Positions 18,533 through 29,727 of a stretch of DNA of 64,000 bases are shown piece by piece. The translations under genes and the position numbers were made by a program. Every line of letters starts with the position of its first letter. The first letter of the stretch is position 1. The stretch covers positions 49,057 through 113,056 of the forward strand of contig CAMAFY010000003.1 of assembly GCA_945833885.1 (NCBI GenBank), in the 5' to 3' direction. A model generated the notes under the pieces. The model saw nothing but the letters and a program-made list of their open reading frames with translations, did not search any database and had not been told where the DNA came from. Origin of the DNA: an uncultured Bacteroidales bacterium (GTDB lineage: Bacteria > Bacteroidota > Bacteroidia > Bacteroidales > Bacteroidaceae).

Positions 18533-18688
18533 ATGCCTATGACGCAAATTTCTACTCCACAGCAACATCCAAGTCGCGAAACGCTTGAGTTTTTACGACG
18601 TTTCGCCCGTAATTACCGTGCAAAGCAAAGCACAAACTATTATCTTGTAGTGGATTCCGATATGTCAGGCATCGCATTGCCCAATTAA
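18533..18688 (+). CDS. Small hypothetical protein (51 aa)
   Basis: MPMTQISTPQQHPSRETLEFLRRFARNY...; AT-rich upstream context; resembles, from recall only, a Bacteroidetes small-protein motif PSxxTLxFLxxFARxY. Confidence 0.55.
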   Translation: MPMTQISTPQQHPSRETLEFLRRFARNYRAKQSTNYYLVVDSDMSGIALPN

Positions 18689-18866
18689 ATCCACGGCAAG
18701 ACAATCCCCATTTCCCGGCCTTCTTATGTCCAGACATCGGTAGCGTGTGGTGTTTTCCCTGCATGTCGCCGTTGTCGCGCTTGTCGTTTGTCTTGAAATT
18801 CAAGGCTGTCTTCGCCGGGATGTACGTACCATATCCTCCCAACATCAAATCCTATCCCTTTATAAC

Positions 18867-20042
18867 ATGAAGAAAATCCTTTTGTTAGGCTCTGGCGAAC
18901 TTGGCAAAGAGTTTGTCATCGCCGCCCAGCGCCTTGGACAGTATGTGATAGCCTGCGACAGTTATGCCGGCGCGCCTGCGATGCAGGTGGCCGATGCGCA
19001 GGAAGTTTTCTCGATGCTTGACGGCGAAGCACTCGATGCTGCTGTGGCAAAACACCATCCCGACGTCATTGTCTGCGAGATAGAAGCCATACGTACCGAG
19101 CGGCTTTATGACTATGAAAAGGAGGGAATCCACGTGGTTCCTTCTGCCCGTGCTGTGAACTTTACCATGAACCGTAAGGCAATTCGCGACCTCGCTGCCA
19201 AGGACCTTGGGCTGAAGACTGCACGCTACTTCTATGCCAAAACGCTGGAAGAACTGCAACAGGCTGCGGCAGAAATCGGCTTCCCTTGCGTGGTAAAGCC
19301 GCTGATGAGTTCGAGCGGAAAGGGTCAGAGTGTCGTACGTTCTGCCGAAGACCTCGAGAAGGCTTTCAACTATGGTATGGAAGGAAGCCGTGGCGATGTC
19401 AAGGAACTCATCATCGAAGAGTTCGTGGCGTTCGACTATGAAATCACATTACTGACCGTAACACAGGCACAAGGCGACACACTCTTCTGCGCTCCCATCG
19501 GTCATGTGCAGGAACATGGCGACTATCGCGAGAGTTTCCAGCCCCGAACCATGAAGGAAGAGCATCTGCGTGAGGCAGAACGCATGGCAAAAGCCGTGAC
19601 GGAGGCCCTCGGTGGTGCCGGAATCTGGGGTGTGGAGTTCTTCGTCAGCGAAAAGGATGGCGTATATTTCAGTGAACTTTCTCCGCGTCCTCACGATACG
19701 GGAATGGTAACCCTTGCCGGAACACAGAACTTCAATGAGTTCGAACTTCATTGTCGTGCTGCCCTCGGGCTCCCCATTCCTTGCATCAAACAGTTGCGCA
19801 AGGGTGCCAGTGCCGTTGTTCTCAGCGCCATTACTCCTGACCAGATGGCTGGAAATGTCCCTGAATTCCGTGGTGTAGAGCGCACTTGTGAGGAAGATGC
19901 CGACATCCGTTTGTTCGGAAAACCAACAGTCCGCCTCCATCGTCGCATGGGAGTGGTGGTGGTCAGCGGCGATTTGGACGCCGACCTCGATGCTTTGCGC
20001 GACAAGGCCAAGCGTTTGGCCTCGTATGTAGAGGTTTATTGA
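18867..20042 (+). CDS. purT: Formate-dependent phosphoribosylglycinamide formyltransferase
   Basis: [37 protein letters not shown] and RRMGV motifs. Confidence 0.96.
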   Translation: MKKILLLGSGELGKEFVIAAQRLGQYVIACDSYAGAPAMQVADAQEVFSMLDGEALDAAVAKHHPDVIVCEIEAIRTERLYDYEKEGIHVVPSARAVNFTMNRKAIRDLAAKDLGLKTARYFYAKTLEELQQAAAEIGFPCVVKPLMSSSGKGQSVVRSAEDLEKAFNYGMEGSRGDVKELIIEEFVAFDYEITLLTVTQAQGDTLFCAPIGHVQEHGDYRESFQPRTMKEEHLREAERMAKAVTEALGGAGIWGVEFFVSEKDGVYFSELSPRPHDTGMVTLAGTQNFNEFELHCRAALGLPIPCIKQLRKGASAVVLSAITPDQMAGNVPEFRGVERTCEEDADIRLFGKPTVRLHRRMGVVVVSGDLDADLDALRDKAKRLASYVEVY

Positions 20043-20131
20043 GGCATTTCCCCGCTTCCCGCTACTCCGGATTTCAAAGGAATCATGCCGGAATAGCCGT
20101 AAAAAACCGCTTATAGACAATACACGAACAC

Positions 20132-20179
20132 AAAAAGGGCTATAAACTCATCGCAATTTGATGGGTTTATAGCCCTTTT
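20132..20179. terminator. Bidirectional terminator between convergent genes
   Basis: aaaagggctataaactcat...atgggtttatagccctttt. Confidence 0.8.
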
Positions 20180-20222
20180 CTTGGGGAAATGATAAGGTTG
20201 ATGTCTGGTAGGACGGAGGCGG

Positions 20223-21815
20223 TTAGTCCTCGTTTTCAATGTCCGCCCCCGACTGAACGGCTTTGATCAGACTGTGCCAGAAGCCGATGAGTCCGCGGAA
20301 AATCCATCCGAAGGCCAGGCTGAGTCCTTTCCAAACGTAGCGCGAAACGATGGCGATCATGCGTCCCAACCACTTCATCCCCAACCATGTATAGGCTGTT
20401 GCTACGCCTATTCCGATGGAGGCATAGTGTGCGGCGGTGGAAAGTGCCGCGCCAATGTGGGCGAAGACAACGGAATAGGAGAGGGAGGCAAAGTATTTCT
20501 GACGGCAGACGCCGGCAAGATAGACACATAGCAGGGGAACCGCGATGCCGATGATGGTGTAGATGACCCAGAACCATTGGCCGCTCTCGGAATGCACTAC
20601 GGGATGTCCGCCGACCATCTCCCATGGCAGTCCGTAAATTCCCACCTTCAGCATGCTCGCAAGTTTGAATGCCAGCAGATGCCATCCGAAGATATAGAGG
20701 GTGTTGTCGCCGATGTAGAGGAGCATCTTCGAGACTATGTGGGTGTTTCCTGCGTTCCCGGCACTTTTTTCCAACGTCTTCATCAGGTTGTTGATGATGA
20801 CGGAAAGGTGGTAGATGAGGGCAAAACCGGCAATGCCGCTCAGTGCCAGCGCCAGCACTTCTCCGATGTTCCGGGCACGGACTGCCATGGTAGGATGGGG
20901 GAATGCTGCAAGGAGTGCCACGATGAGCGCGGAAAAGAGTAGGGGAGCGACGGGAATGCGGTGCGTGGTACGGGTGAAATTCTTTGTCGATATCCATGCC
21001 ACGGCGGCGTAATGCCGGCATTTCACACCCATACTGAGGGGTGAGCCGTCGGAATTTGCCACCAATCGGGGAAGAGGCAGGGCGTTTTGCGGATGATTGT
21101 ACGCCACCCAGTTGAAGAAACGATGGTAAAGGTATCCGGTGCTGAGGAAGAATATGCCCATCAGTTCGCGGTATCCGCCTTGCGAAAGCCCTGTCCATTG
21201 CAGATTGCACCCCGTTTTCCACATTGCCAGTCCAAGGGAGATGCCTGAAATTGTGAGGGCTATGAGGGAATAGGGTGAGAATCGTTCCGGATTTTCCTTG
21301 ATTTCCGGGGCATCAGCCTCCGCTGTCCGGTAGAAAGGTAACAGACTGAGGAGTTTGAAAAGAATGAGGAATGCGATGCCCGATACCAGCAGGGCGCGGA
21401 AGAACCAATACGCTTCTCCGAGGAAAGCGTCGTAGCCGCTCATGTTGGTGACAATGCTCCACAACGATTGCATCCATTGTTGGGCATTCAAAGGATGGGT
21501 GACCTCTCCGGTAGCATTGCCGTAAGTCTCGCTGAGAATGCCGATATGGAACCAAAGATTATGGAGAATGAGCAGTAAAACGCTCCATTTGACGAAGGGA
21601 ACATAAAGTCTGCGTAGGCGGCGCTTCACGAAAGTTCCTTCGTCGTTCAGGTATTTTACGTTAAAAAAGAAGCCCGAAGCCATGAAAAACAGGCTCACGC
21701 CAATCATATAGGACAGGCGTGAGACAGGCAGAGGGCTTGCAGCATGGGCCATAACGACAAAGGTAATGGCGAGAGCCTTCAGTATTGTGATGTTGTTGTC
21801 GCGCACTTTTGTCAT
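20223..21815 (-). CDS. Acyltransferase-3 family membrane protein, extended
   Basis: ILKALAITFVVMAH, LFFMASG, RRLYVPF, YWFF and YIGDNTLYIFGWH motifs; many transmembrane helices. Confidence 0.85.
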   Translation of the reverse strand: MTKVRDNNITILKALAITFVVMAHAASPLPVSRLSYMIGVSLFFMASGFFFNVKYLNDEGTFVKRRLRRLYVPFVKWSVLLLILHNLWFHIGILSETYGNATGEVTHPLNAQQWMQSLWSIVTNMSGYDAFLGEAYWFFRALLVSGIAFLILFKLLSLLPFYRTAEADAPEIKENPERFSPYSLIALTISGISLGLAMWKTGCNLQWTGLSQGGYRELMGIFFLSTGYLYHRFFNWVAYNHPQNALPLPRLVANSDGSPLSMGVKCRHYAAVAWISTKNFTRTTHRIPVAPLLFSALIVALLAAFPHPTMAVRARNIGEVLALALSGIAGFALIYHLSVIINNLMKTLEKSAGNAGNTHIVSKMLLYIGDNTLYIFGWHLLAFKLASMLKVGIYGLPWEMVGGHPVVHSESGQWFWVIYTIIGIAVPLLCVYLAGVCRQKYFASLSYSVVFAHIGAALSTAAHYASIGIGVATAYTWLGMKWLGRMIAIVSRYVWKGLSLAFGWIFRGLIGFWHSLIKAVQSGADIENED

Positions 21816-21880
21816 GGTTTTTGTGTTAAAGCCCCTCCGTATCTGAGCGTCAGACAGGAGGGGATGTAGGGAAAATGAGG

Positions 21881-22831
21881 TCAGAGTTTCAGCCTGAAAC
21901 TGTCGATAACTCCTACCAAATGCTGTTCCTCGTCGGTGACAAGGACACAATGTATCTTGTTCTTGTGCATCAAATCGTCAATCTCCACAATCTTTGTGTC
22001 CGGACTTACGCATTTGGGATGCCGTGTCATGTTGTCCGAAACAGTGCTGTGGAAGAAGTTTGTATGGTGATGTTCCATCGCCCTTCGCACGTCTCCGTCA
22101 GTGACAATGCCCTCTACACGACCATCTTTGACGGCAATGAGGAGTCCGAGACGCCCGTTCGACATGGTGACAAGCGCCTCTACCATATTGGTGTTTCCGT
22201 CGATGACGGGCAGATTGTCCGTCTGCATCACATCGCGAGCCCGTGTCAGCAATTTGCGTCCAAGGCTTCCGCCAGGATGGAAAAGGGCAAAATCATGTGC
22301 TTGGAAGCCGCGGGCCACCATCAAAGCACAAGCCAAGGCGTCGCCCATGGCAAGGGTTGCCGTGGTGCTGCACGTAGGAGCGAGGTTCAATGGACAAGCC
22401 TCGTGGTCGACCCCTGTGTAAAGATGGATGGTGGAGTTCCGCGCGAGCAGGCTGTCAGGGTTGCCGGTCATGGAGATGACAGGGATGTTGTGGGAGAGCA
22501 AGTACGGCAGAAAGCGCAGAAGTTCATCGGTCTGTCCGCTGTTGCTGATGGTCAAAACCACATCGTCCTTGCCGATAACTCCGAGGTCGCCATGGAACAC
22601 ATCAAGTGGGTTTACAAAGAAACTCGGGGTGCCGGTTGAGGACATTGTGGCGGCAATCTTCGCACCAATATGACCGCTTTTTCCGACTCCTGTGACGATA
22701 AACTTGCCAGTACAGCGCAGAATGGTCTCCACTGCACGGTCGAAATCTTCCGCCAATCGGGGAATCAAGGCTTCAATAGCACTGGCCTCATCGCGGAGGC
22801 ATTGTGCTGCAACATCGATGTTTCTTGACAT
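21881..22831 (-). CDS. kdsD: Arabinose-5-phosphate isomerase (KpsF/GutQ family, SIS + CBS domains)
   Basis: GVGKSGHIG, HGDLG, ISNSG, APTCST and FHPGGSLG motifs; next to kdsA. Confidence 0.92.
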   Translation of the reverse strand: MSRNIDVAAQCLRDEASAIEALIPRLAEDFDRAVETILRCTGKFIVTGVGKSGHIGAKIAATMSSTGTPSFFVNPLDVFHGDLGVIGKDDVVLTISNSGQTDELLRFLPYLLSHNIPVISMTGNPDSLLARNSTIHLYTGVDHEACPLNLAPTCSTTATLAMGDALACALMVARGFQAHDFALFHPGGSLGRKLLTRARDVMQTDNLPVIDGNTNMVEALVTMSNGRLGLLIAVKDGRVEGIVTDGDVRRAMEHHHTNFFHSTVSDNMTRHPKCVSPDTKIVEIDDLMHKNKIHCVLVTDEEQHLVGVIDSFRLKL

Positions 22832-22852
22832 TTTATCTTTTTCTTGTGGGTA

Positions 22853-22985
22853 GGGTTGATGGAGAGATGGGGTAGGATTGATGGGGAAATGAGGTTGCGT
22901 TGACGAAAAGTCGTGCAGGCGTTGATGGAATGTTGTGGTAACGTTGATGGAATGATGTGGCAGCGTTAGTGGGGAGATGATGTGG
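22853..22985. repeat. Degenerate 22-bp tandem repeat, 6 units (TTGATGG core)
   Basis: Units at 22853, 22875, 22897, 22919, 22941 and 22963, e.g. gcgttgatggaatgttgtggta / acgttgatggaatgatgtggca. Confidence 0.7.
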
Positions 22986-23095
22986 GGATGTTGGAGAGAA
23001 GGAATGGAACTGAAGGGGAAATTTCGAGGGTGTTTCCTGAAAACATATGGCATTGTGCTGTGTCTGCGGCCTTCTCCTCCAACGTTTTCCGGAAG

Positions 23096-23848
23096 TTAGA
23101 GCAACGATTCCACTACTTTTTGCAACTGATTGAGGAACAACATGTTGGGGCCGTCGCTTAAAGCATTGTCGGGATTGGGGTGAACTTCAAAGAAATACCC
23201 CTCGGCACCAAAGGCCTTTGCGGCCAAAGCCATTGCAGGAACGTACTGCCTGTCGCCGCTTGTGCAACCTCCACCACCGCCAGGACGCTGCACACTGTGC
23301 GTACAATCCATGATGACACGGTCGGCCCATTGGCTCATAACCGGAAGGTTCCGGAAGTCAACTACCAGATTGTTGTAGCCGAAAGTGTTGCCGCGTTCGG
23401 TCAGCCACACCTCCTTTGCACCGGCTTCACGGGCTTTTTCGACCGGATACCTCATATCCTCTCCGCTGAGGAATTGGGCCTTCTTGATGTTGACGGTGCG
23501 TCCTGTCTTTGCCGCTGCCACGAGAAGGTCGGTCTGACGACAAAGGAATGCGGGAATTTGCAGCACATCGCAGACCTCGCCGGCCGGAGCCGCCTGACAA
23601 CTTTCATGGATGTCGGTGGTGATGCGGAGCCCATATTTTGCCTTGATGTCCGCGAGCATCTGCAATCCTTTTTCCAATCCTGGACCGCGGAAAGAATGCA
23701 ATGATGTACGGTTTGCCTTGTCGAAGGATGCCTTGAATATCACTTCTGTGCCCAGATTCTGCTGTATTTCTACCAGGTGTTGTGCGACGGTGTCAAGGAG
23801 TTCTGCGCTTTCTATCACGCAGGGACCGGCGATAAATATAGGTTTCAT
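23096..23848 (-). CDS. kdsA: KDO-8-phosphate synthase
   Basis: AGPCVIE, KASFDKANRTS, QIPAFLCRQTDL, DCTHSVQ and ALSDG motifs. Confidence 0.96.
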   Translation of the reverse strand: MKPIFIAGPCVIESAELLDTVAQHLVEIQQNLGTEVIFKASFDKANRTSLHSFRGPGLEKGLQMLADIKAKYGLRITTDIHESCQAAPAGEVCDVLQIPAFLCRQTDLLVAAAKTGRTVNIKKAQFLSGEDMRYPVEKAREAGAKEVWLTERGNTFGYNNLVVDFRNLPVMSQWADRVIMDCTHSVQRPGGGGGCTSGDRQYVPAMALAAKAFGAEGYFFEVHPNPDNALSDGPNMLFLNQLQKVVESLL

Positions 23849-24020
23849 AGGAGGTGTGGGGTAAGTGGTGTGGGTTTTCTGCCATTAAGATGTTGGTGAG
23901 CAAGGTGGGAGTCTCTGACGTCTTCAGGTTTTATCCTTGATTTCCCTCCCCTTAAAATCTGCCGCGGCGCGTTGATGTTGCCTTGTCAGTAGGGGGATGG
24001 TGTGGAAGATGTTTGCGGAA

Positions 24021-24920
24021 TCAGTCGAGGTTGAGATAGTATCCCAACTTGTAAAAGGCGAAGATATGTAGGGATGGTCTTCCCGAAAGCAGGTTCATCC
24101 GCAGGCAAGGTGCCGTGATGCGGTATAACCATCTCACGACTTTTGCCGCACCAATGCTGCGGATTTTTTTTGCAATGACGGCAACGTGAGCCCGTTCTGT
24201 CATGGGACTTCCTAAGGAATGCAGAGTGCGGAGTGCCGTTTCGCTGTTCTTCAGGAATTGTTCCGAGGAGTTTATGCCCGTGTGGAGCAGGGGGTTGTCG
24301 ATGTGAAGGAAGTTGAATCCTAATCGTTCTGCCTCAATTCCGAAGAGGGCGTCCTCGTATCCGTAATCCGAACATCGGGGGTCGAAATGCAGGACTTCCA
24401 ACACCCGGCGGTTGACCATCACGTTGAAGGTGGAGAAATGGTCGGCGGGATGGGCGCGTCGGCGGTCCAATGTCCTCAGTTTTTCCGCATTCTTTTCGTA
24501 GCGGAGGCGCAGTTCGCATCCTCGGGGTGCGTTGTCGGGCGTCTGCAGTCCGCCAATGATGATGTCGGCATCAGAAGAAACCTGTGCGAAGTTCCAATAA
24601 TTCAGTATGAAGTCCGACGTGATGACTTCAGCATCAGCGTCAATCATCAGGATCCATTCCAGCCTGCATTCGTCGATGAGCCGGTTTCTGTTGTCGGTCC
24701 GCCCCACATTCATATTATAAATATTGTAGTGGCAGTGGGGAAGAGCCTCGATGACGGCATTTTTTTCCACGATGCCGTTGTCGGTACTGTTGTCATCTCC
24801 GACGATAATCTCGTAATCGAATCCCTTATACATCGCCTGCACCTCCTCGCATTGTTTTTGAAGTTCGCAGACGAGAGGCGCACAGTAAAAGTTGAAAGTC
24901 GGGATGATGATGCTGATCAT
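24021..24920 (-). CDS. Glycosyltransferase family 2
   Basis: ISIIIPTFN, GDDNSTD, IDAD (DxD) and YGYED motifs. Confidence 0.9.
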   Translation of the reverse strand: MISIIIPTFNFYCAPLVCELQKQCEEVQAMYKGFDYEIIVGDDNSTDNGIVEKNAVIEALPHCHYNIYNMNVGRTDNRNRLIDECRLEWILMIDADAEVITSDFILNYWNFAQVSSDADIIIGGLQTPDNAPRGCELRLRYEKNAEKLRTLDRRRAHPADHFSTFNVMVNRRVLEVLHFDPRCSDYGYEDALFGIEAERLGFNFLHIDNPLLHTGINSSEQFLKNSETALRTLHSLGSPMTERAHVAVIAKKIRSIGAAKVVRWLYRITAPCLRMNLLSGRPSLHIFAFYKLGYYLNLD

Positions 24921-25168
24921 GTCGGGAACTGTTCTGGAAAATGCGGGGCTTTATGGGTGTAAGTGCGGGAGCATACGTTGGGAATGCGGAGCATCTCGGT
25001 GGGGATGTCCCGGATTTCTTCCGGGTGAGAACAAATCATTACAGGAGAACCACATGGCTCCCCCAATGAAATGTCAGGACCTTAAAGGTGGATGCAACCG
25101 ATTGTCGCTCAGGATTGTTGGGCGGGCAAAGGTTGAAAATACCCACCTTTAAGGTGTGACGACCTATG

Positions 25169-27868
25169 TTAGAGCAGGCGTTTGAGCGTGGCAATCTTGG
25201 AAAGCGTGTCGGCTTCCTTCTTGCGTTCCAACTCAACAACCTGCGCGGGGGCGCCGTTTACGAACTTTTCGTTCGACAATTTCTTCCGGATTCCAGCAAG
25301 GAAACCCTCCAAACGTTGGATTTCCGCTTCGGCAGCCTTACGTTCTGCCTCCAAATCAATGTGTCCTTCCATCTGAACACCGTATTCTTGGGTGCCGACA
25401 AGGAAACTTACGCTGGAATTTCCCGTATGTTCAACGTAAAGGATCTCCTCCACGAATGCCATTTTGCGGATAATCGGTCCCAAAGCCTGGCAATGGGTGA
25501 TGTGGTCATCGCCAACAACCTCAAGAGTCATGAAGGTTTTGGGAGGAATGTTCTTTTGTTGGCGGGCACCACGTACGCCTGTGATGACACCTTGTGCCTG
25601 TTCGAAGCGCTGAAGCACGTGTTTGTCCTCCTCGGAAAGCGGTGAAACGCTGAAAGTTTCGAGCATAATGCTCTCGCCCTCTTTGCGTTCGCGAATCTGT
25701 TGGTAGAGTTCTTCGGTGATGAAAGGCATGAAAGGATGGAGCATCTTCATCAGATTTTCGAAGATGTCCAAAGCGTTTTCAAGGGTTGTGCGGTCGATGG
25801 GCTGCTGATAGGCAGGCTTTATCATCTCAAGATACCATCCGCTGAAGTCGTCGGTGAAGAGTTTGAACACCGTCATGAGGGCTTCTGAGAGACGATACTT
25901 CTTGAAAAGGTCCTCCAACTCCTCTGCTGTCACCTTGATACGTGCGTTCATCCACTGCGCAGCCTTGAGGTTGCTGCGGCTTTGTTCCGCATCGCATACG
26001 GGCCACTGCTTGACAAGGCGGAAGGCGTTCCAGATTTTGTTGCAGAAATTGCGGCCGTTTTCGCAGAGGCTCTTGTCGAAGAGGATGTCGTTGCCGGCAG
26101 GAGCGCAGAGCATCATGCCCATTCTGACGCCGTCGGCACCATAGTTTTCAATCAATTCAATGGGGTCGGGGCTGTTTCCGAGTTGCTTTGACATCTTGCG
26201 ACCTTGCTCATCGCGTACGATTCCTGTGAAATATACGTTGCGGAAAGGCACATCTCCGACGTATTCCATGCCGGCCATGATCATGCGTGCCACCCAGAAA
26301 AAGATGATGTCCGGGCCGGTTACAAGGTCGGAAGTCGGATAATAGTATTTGATTTCCTCGTTGTCGGGATGTGTGATGCCCTTGAAAAGGCTGATGGGCC
26401 ACAGCCAACTGGAGAACCAAGTGTCGAGGGCGTCCTCGTCGCGTTTGAGGTCTGCGGCGGTGATATGCTCAAAACCTGCCATCTTCCGCGCCTTTTCGAC
26501 AGCCTCTTCTTCGGTAAGTGCCACCACGAAACGCTCATTTTCCTCGTTTTCTGTGGGCAGGAACCATGCCGGAATGCGGTGTCCCCACCAGAGTTGGCGG
26601 CTGATGCACCAGTCTTGTATGTTCTCCAACCAGTTTTTATAGGTGGTTACATACTTCGCGGGGTGGAATTTGATGCGGCCATCAAGGACAGGCGGGAGGG
26701 CAATGTCGGCAAAATGCTTCATGGAGAGGAACCATTGGCGGCAAAGGCGCGGCTCGACGGCTACGTCGGGGTTGCGCTCTGAATAGCCAACCTTGTTCTC
26801 GTAGTTCTCAATGCGCTCCATCAGTCCGGCGTTTTGCAGATCTACGACAATCTGCTTGCGGACATCCATACGGTCCATGCCAACGTAGAGGCCGCCTTCC
26901 GGGGAGATTGTGCCGTCGGGATTGAAGATATCGATGGTCTCCAGGTTGTGTGTCTTGCCGAGAGCATAGTCGTTTACATCATGGGCAGGCGTCACTTTGA
27001 GGCATCCTGTTCCGAATTCGATGTCGACATAGCGGTCCTCGATGACGGGAACCACGCGTCCTACGAGGGGAACACGCACCTTATGACCGCGTAGCCACGT
27101 GTTTTTGACGTCCTTGGGATTGATGCACATGGCGGTATCTCCCATAATGGTTTCGGGACGTGTCGTAGCAACGACGGCATAATATCCGTTTTCGTCGTGA
27201 TGAACCACCTCACCTTCTTCGCCAGTCACCACAACCGGGTTGGTTTCTGCGTCGGCAACGTAGTATTTCAGGTGATAAAGTTTAGACTTTTCATCGCGGT
27301 ATACCACCTCTTCTGTGGAGAGAACGGTCTGGGCTTTGGGGTCCCAGTTCACCATTCGCAGGCCACGATAGATGAGACCCTTGTCGTACAGGTCGACAAA
27401 CACGCGCATAACGCTCTCGGAACGCTCGTCGTCCATGGTGAAAGCCGTGCGGTCCCAGTCGCAACTTGCGCCGAGACGACGGAGTTGTTTCAGAATAATG
27501 CCGCCATGAGTATGGGTCCAATCCCAGGCATGTTCCAGGAATTGCTCGCGGGTAAGGTCGCGTTTGCGGATGCCTTCCTTGGCGAGTTTGCCCACGACTT
27601 TGGCTTCCGTGGCGATGGAGGCATGGTCGGTGCCGGGAACCCAGCAGGCGTTTTTGCCCATCATACGCGCACGACGGACAAGAATGTCCTGTATCGTGTT
27701 GTTAAGCATGTGCCCCATGTGGAGCACACCCGTGACATTTGGGGGCGGGATGACTATGGTGTATGCCTCGCGGCTATCGGGCTTGCTGCTGAAGAGATGG
27801 TGGTCAGTCCAGTACTGATACCATTTGCTTTCTACCTCCTCGGGGGAGTACTTGGTGGATGGTTCCAT
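25169..27868 (-). CDS. valS: Valyl-tRNA synthetase
   Basis: [34 protein letters not shown] and C-terminal coiled coil; likely start MEPSTKY at 27868. Confidence 0.98.
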   Translation of the reverse strand: MEPSTKYSPEEVESKWYQYWTDHHLFSSKPDSREAYTIVIPPPNVTGVLHMGHMLNNTIQDILVRRARMMGKNACWVPGTDHASIATEAKVVGKLAKEGIRKRDLTREQFLEHAWDWTHTHGGIILKQLRRLGASCDWDRTAFTMDDERSESVMRVFVDLYDKGLIYRGLRMVNWDPKAQTVLSTEEVVYRDEKSKLYHLKYYVADAETNPVVVTGEEGEVVHHDENGYYAVVATTRPETIMGDTAMCINPKDVKNTWLRGHKVRVPLVGRVVPVIEDRYVDIEFGTGCLKVTPAHDVNDYALGKTHNLETIDIFNPDGTISPEGGLYVGMDRMDVRKQIVVDLQNAGLMERIENYENKVGYSERNPDVAVEPRLCRQWFLSMKHFADIALPPVLDGRIKFHPAKYVTTYKNWLENIQDWCISRQLWWGHRIPAWFLPTENEENERFVVALTEEEAVEKARKMAGFEHITAADLKRDEDALDTWFSSWLWPISLFKGITHPDNEEIKYYYPTSDLVTGPDIIFFWVARMIMAGMEYVGDVPFRNVYFTGIVRDEQGRKMSKQLGNSPDPIELIENYGADGVRMGMMLCAPAGNDILFDKSLCENGRNFCNKIWNAFRLVKQWPVCDAEQSRSNLKAAQWMNARIKVTAEELEDLFKKYRLSEALMTVFKLFTDDFSGWYLEMIKPAYQQPIDRTTLENALDIFENLMKMLHPFMPFITEELYQQIRERKEGESIMLETFSVSPLSEEDKHVLQRFEQAQGVITGVRGARQQKNIPPKTFMTLEVVGDDHITHCQALGPIIRKMAFVEEILYVEHTGNSSVSFLVGTQEYGVQMEGHIDLEAERKAAEAEIQRLEGFLAGIRKKLSNEKFVNGAPAQVVELERKKEADTLSKIATLKRLL

Positions 27869-28082
27869 ATTTTCTAAAATGATTGCAGTGTTTTGCGTTG
27901 TAAAAATGAGGTGCTTTCGTGTGCGGGTGCCGTATGCGTGGGTGCGCATACGCCATAATTGGCCGCAAATATACGAAATACTGCGGGATTTTGGAAACTT
28001 ATTTTGACAAAAGTTTTCATTTCCTTCAGTCTCTTCTTCCGCCTTGTGCAGGAGACTTTCCGATTTTGATGGTTGTGATGCC

Positions 28083-28179
28083 CTGATGCCGCTTGGAAAA
28101 AGTGCGGAACTTTGCGATGAAAACCTCCGCACTTTGTGGCGGAAAGTTCCGATGTTCACATCGTAAACCTCCGCATTTT
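28083..28179. repeat. 22-bp-period array of the 15-bp motif (4 units, mixed orientation) with CTGATGCCGCTTGGA flank
   Basis: aaagtgcggaacttt 28099, aaacctccgcacttt 28121, aaagttccgatgttc 28143, aaacctccgcatttt 28165. Confidence 0.85.
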
Positions 28180-28290
28180 TTGACCCCGTCTTTGCCTGCC
28201 CCTCAAAAAGAGGCTGGAAGACGGAGAAACGCGATTTCAAAATAGAGGAGGAGAATTCGCGGTGATGATTTGTATAACCTGCAAGAAATC

Positions 28291-28341
28291 AAAAAACACC
28301 ATCCGGCCATTGGGCGTGGAATCCCGAATGGCCGGATGGTG
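28291..28341 (-). terminator. Rho-independent terminator
   Basis: caccatccggccatt...aatggccggatggtg followed by T6 on the minus strand. Confidence 0.75.
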
Positions 28342-28373
28342 AATGATTGCGGAAAAAGGTTAGGCATTCGCCT

Positions 28374-28450
28374 TTCGTTTCCTCGCCATGGCATACCGTA
28401 AGCAAGTTTCACCTGCTTCCGCTCTGCTCATTTGGCTTAACGAAAACATC
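28374..28450 (-). repeat. Dispersed intergenic hairpin repeat (REP/MITE-like), copy A
   Basis: Reverse complement reads gttttcgttaagccaaatgagcagagcggaagcaggtgaaacttgcttacggtatgccatggcgaggaaacg. Confidence 0.85.
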
Positions 28451-28641
28451 GGATATGCGCTGGAAAATGCGAGAAATGCGGACCATTCCTGTTGGAGTAT
28501 CAAAGGTCGGGGAATGAGCGGACGGGCTGAATTTCCCTTGGTCCCGGAATGTTCAGGATGGCGTTTTGGGCATCCGCTTTCGGATGTGTCTTGTATGACG
28601 TCCCGAATAGGGCGAAATGATATGGGAACGGCGGATGTGGC

Positions 28642-29727
28642 TTATTCCGGCATTGCGGAATTCCGGATTTTTTCGATGTTTCCGGTGACGGAATTCAAAA
28701 GAACTTCAGTATTGAACTTCTTGTTGAAGAGTTCGCCTCCAAGGTGTTCTGTATTACCGAATTGCGCAATGCTGACATCTGCTTTTGCTATAGCGGTTCC
28801 ATTGTGCAATAGGATGAGTTGGGCCCGTCCGGGAACACAGTAGCGTACATCGGGCTTTTCCTTCTTCTTTGCCGCCTTGGGGTCGATGTTTTCATCCGGC
28901 AGTTTTGTGGTGTTCTTCACTTCCAACGTGTATGGTTCTCCGGCCATGTCGTCGATGTCAACGAGTCCGAGATACTTCGAAAAACGGAATAGCAAGCCCC
29001 CATTGTCGGAGGTTTTCGGACAGTAGTCCACAACCATGGTGTGGCGTTCTACGGTCTCTGTGCCCGTAAAGAGCGAGAGCAAGGCTTGCTCAGCGGCGTC
29101 AAGTTGGTGGAACATTGCCTTCAGTTGCTCGCCGTCGGTGGGGTTGAAGTCGGCCTGACCTTTGGCAAGCAGGATTCGGTTTTCGCGGATGTCATAGATT
29201 TCCTGCGCCGTAAGTTCTGCCTTTTTCGAGCGTGTTGAGGCACGGATAATGTCGGGTGTGAGGAACTCTTTCGCATTCACCGTGGGCTTACTGACGATGG
29301 TCTTCGACGGAACCGGCAGTTCTTCGGGCTGCTCCGTTTCGGTGTTGATGGCAAGAAGCAGGCCGTCGGGCGTAAGCGTTACCAATGGTGCGCTGCTCTT
29401 GGGATTGAGCGCGATGGTGAAAGCCTTTGTCTTGTCGGGGATGCCGAAGGGAATGACCTCAATGTCGTCGAGGGTCCAGTTCTCGAAATTCTCCATAGGA
29501 GCATCGGTGATTCCCAAGTACCGTTCTGCAAATACAGCATATTCGCCGGCGGTATGTACGTGGCGTGTGGCGGTAAGTACGAAGCGAATGTGCGTCTCGG
29601 GCAGGAAGTATGTGATGCCTTCTGGCGTGAGTCCGGGGATATAGTCCTCAACAACTGTCTGTGCATTGGCACTGAGCGATGCGGAAAGAAGCATGGCACT
29701 GGCGACGAGATGGGGGAATGATGACAT
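28642..29727 (-). CDS. DUF4831-family secreted protein
   Basis: Signal peptide; GITYFLPET, YAVFAERYLG, AQEIYDIRENR and IAQFG segments. Confidence 0.75.
   Translation of the reverse strand: MSSFPHLVASAMLLSASLSANAQTVVEDYIPGLTPEGITYFLPETHIRFVLTATRHVHTAGEYAVFAERYLGITDAPMENFENWTLDDIEVIPFGIPDKTKAFTIALNPKSSAPLVTLTPDGLLLAINTETEQPEELPVPSKTIVSKPTVNAKEFLTPDIIRASTRSKKAELTAQEIYDIRENRILLAKGQADFNPTDGEQLKAMFHQLDAAEQALLSLFTGTETVERHTMVVDYCPKTSDNGGLLFRFSKYLGLVDIDDMAGEPYTLEVKNTTKLPDENIDPKAAKKKEKPDVRYCVPGRAQLILLHNGTAIAKADVSIAQFGNTEHLGGELFNKKFNTEVLLNSVTGNIEKIRNSAMPE

Noticed and set aside
27869-28240. N-terminal extensions in the ORF track (valS, and also the M23 gene, purT, kdsD, DUF4831 and ispF)
   Set aside because: The extensions cross promoters or repeat arrays and show no family similarity; downstream ATGs match typical N-termini.
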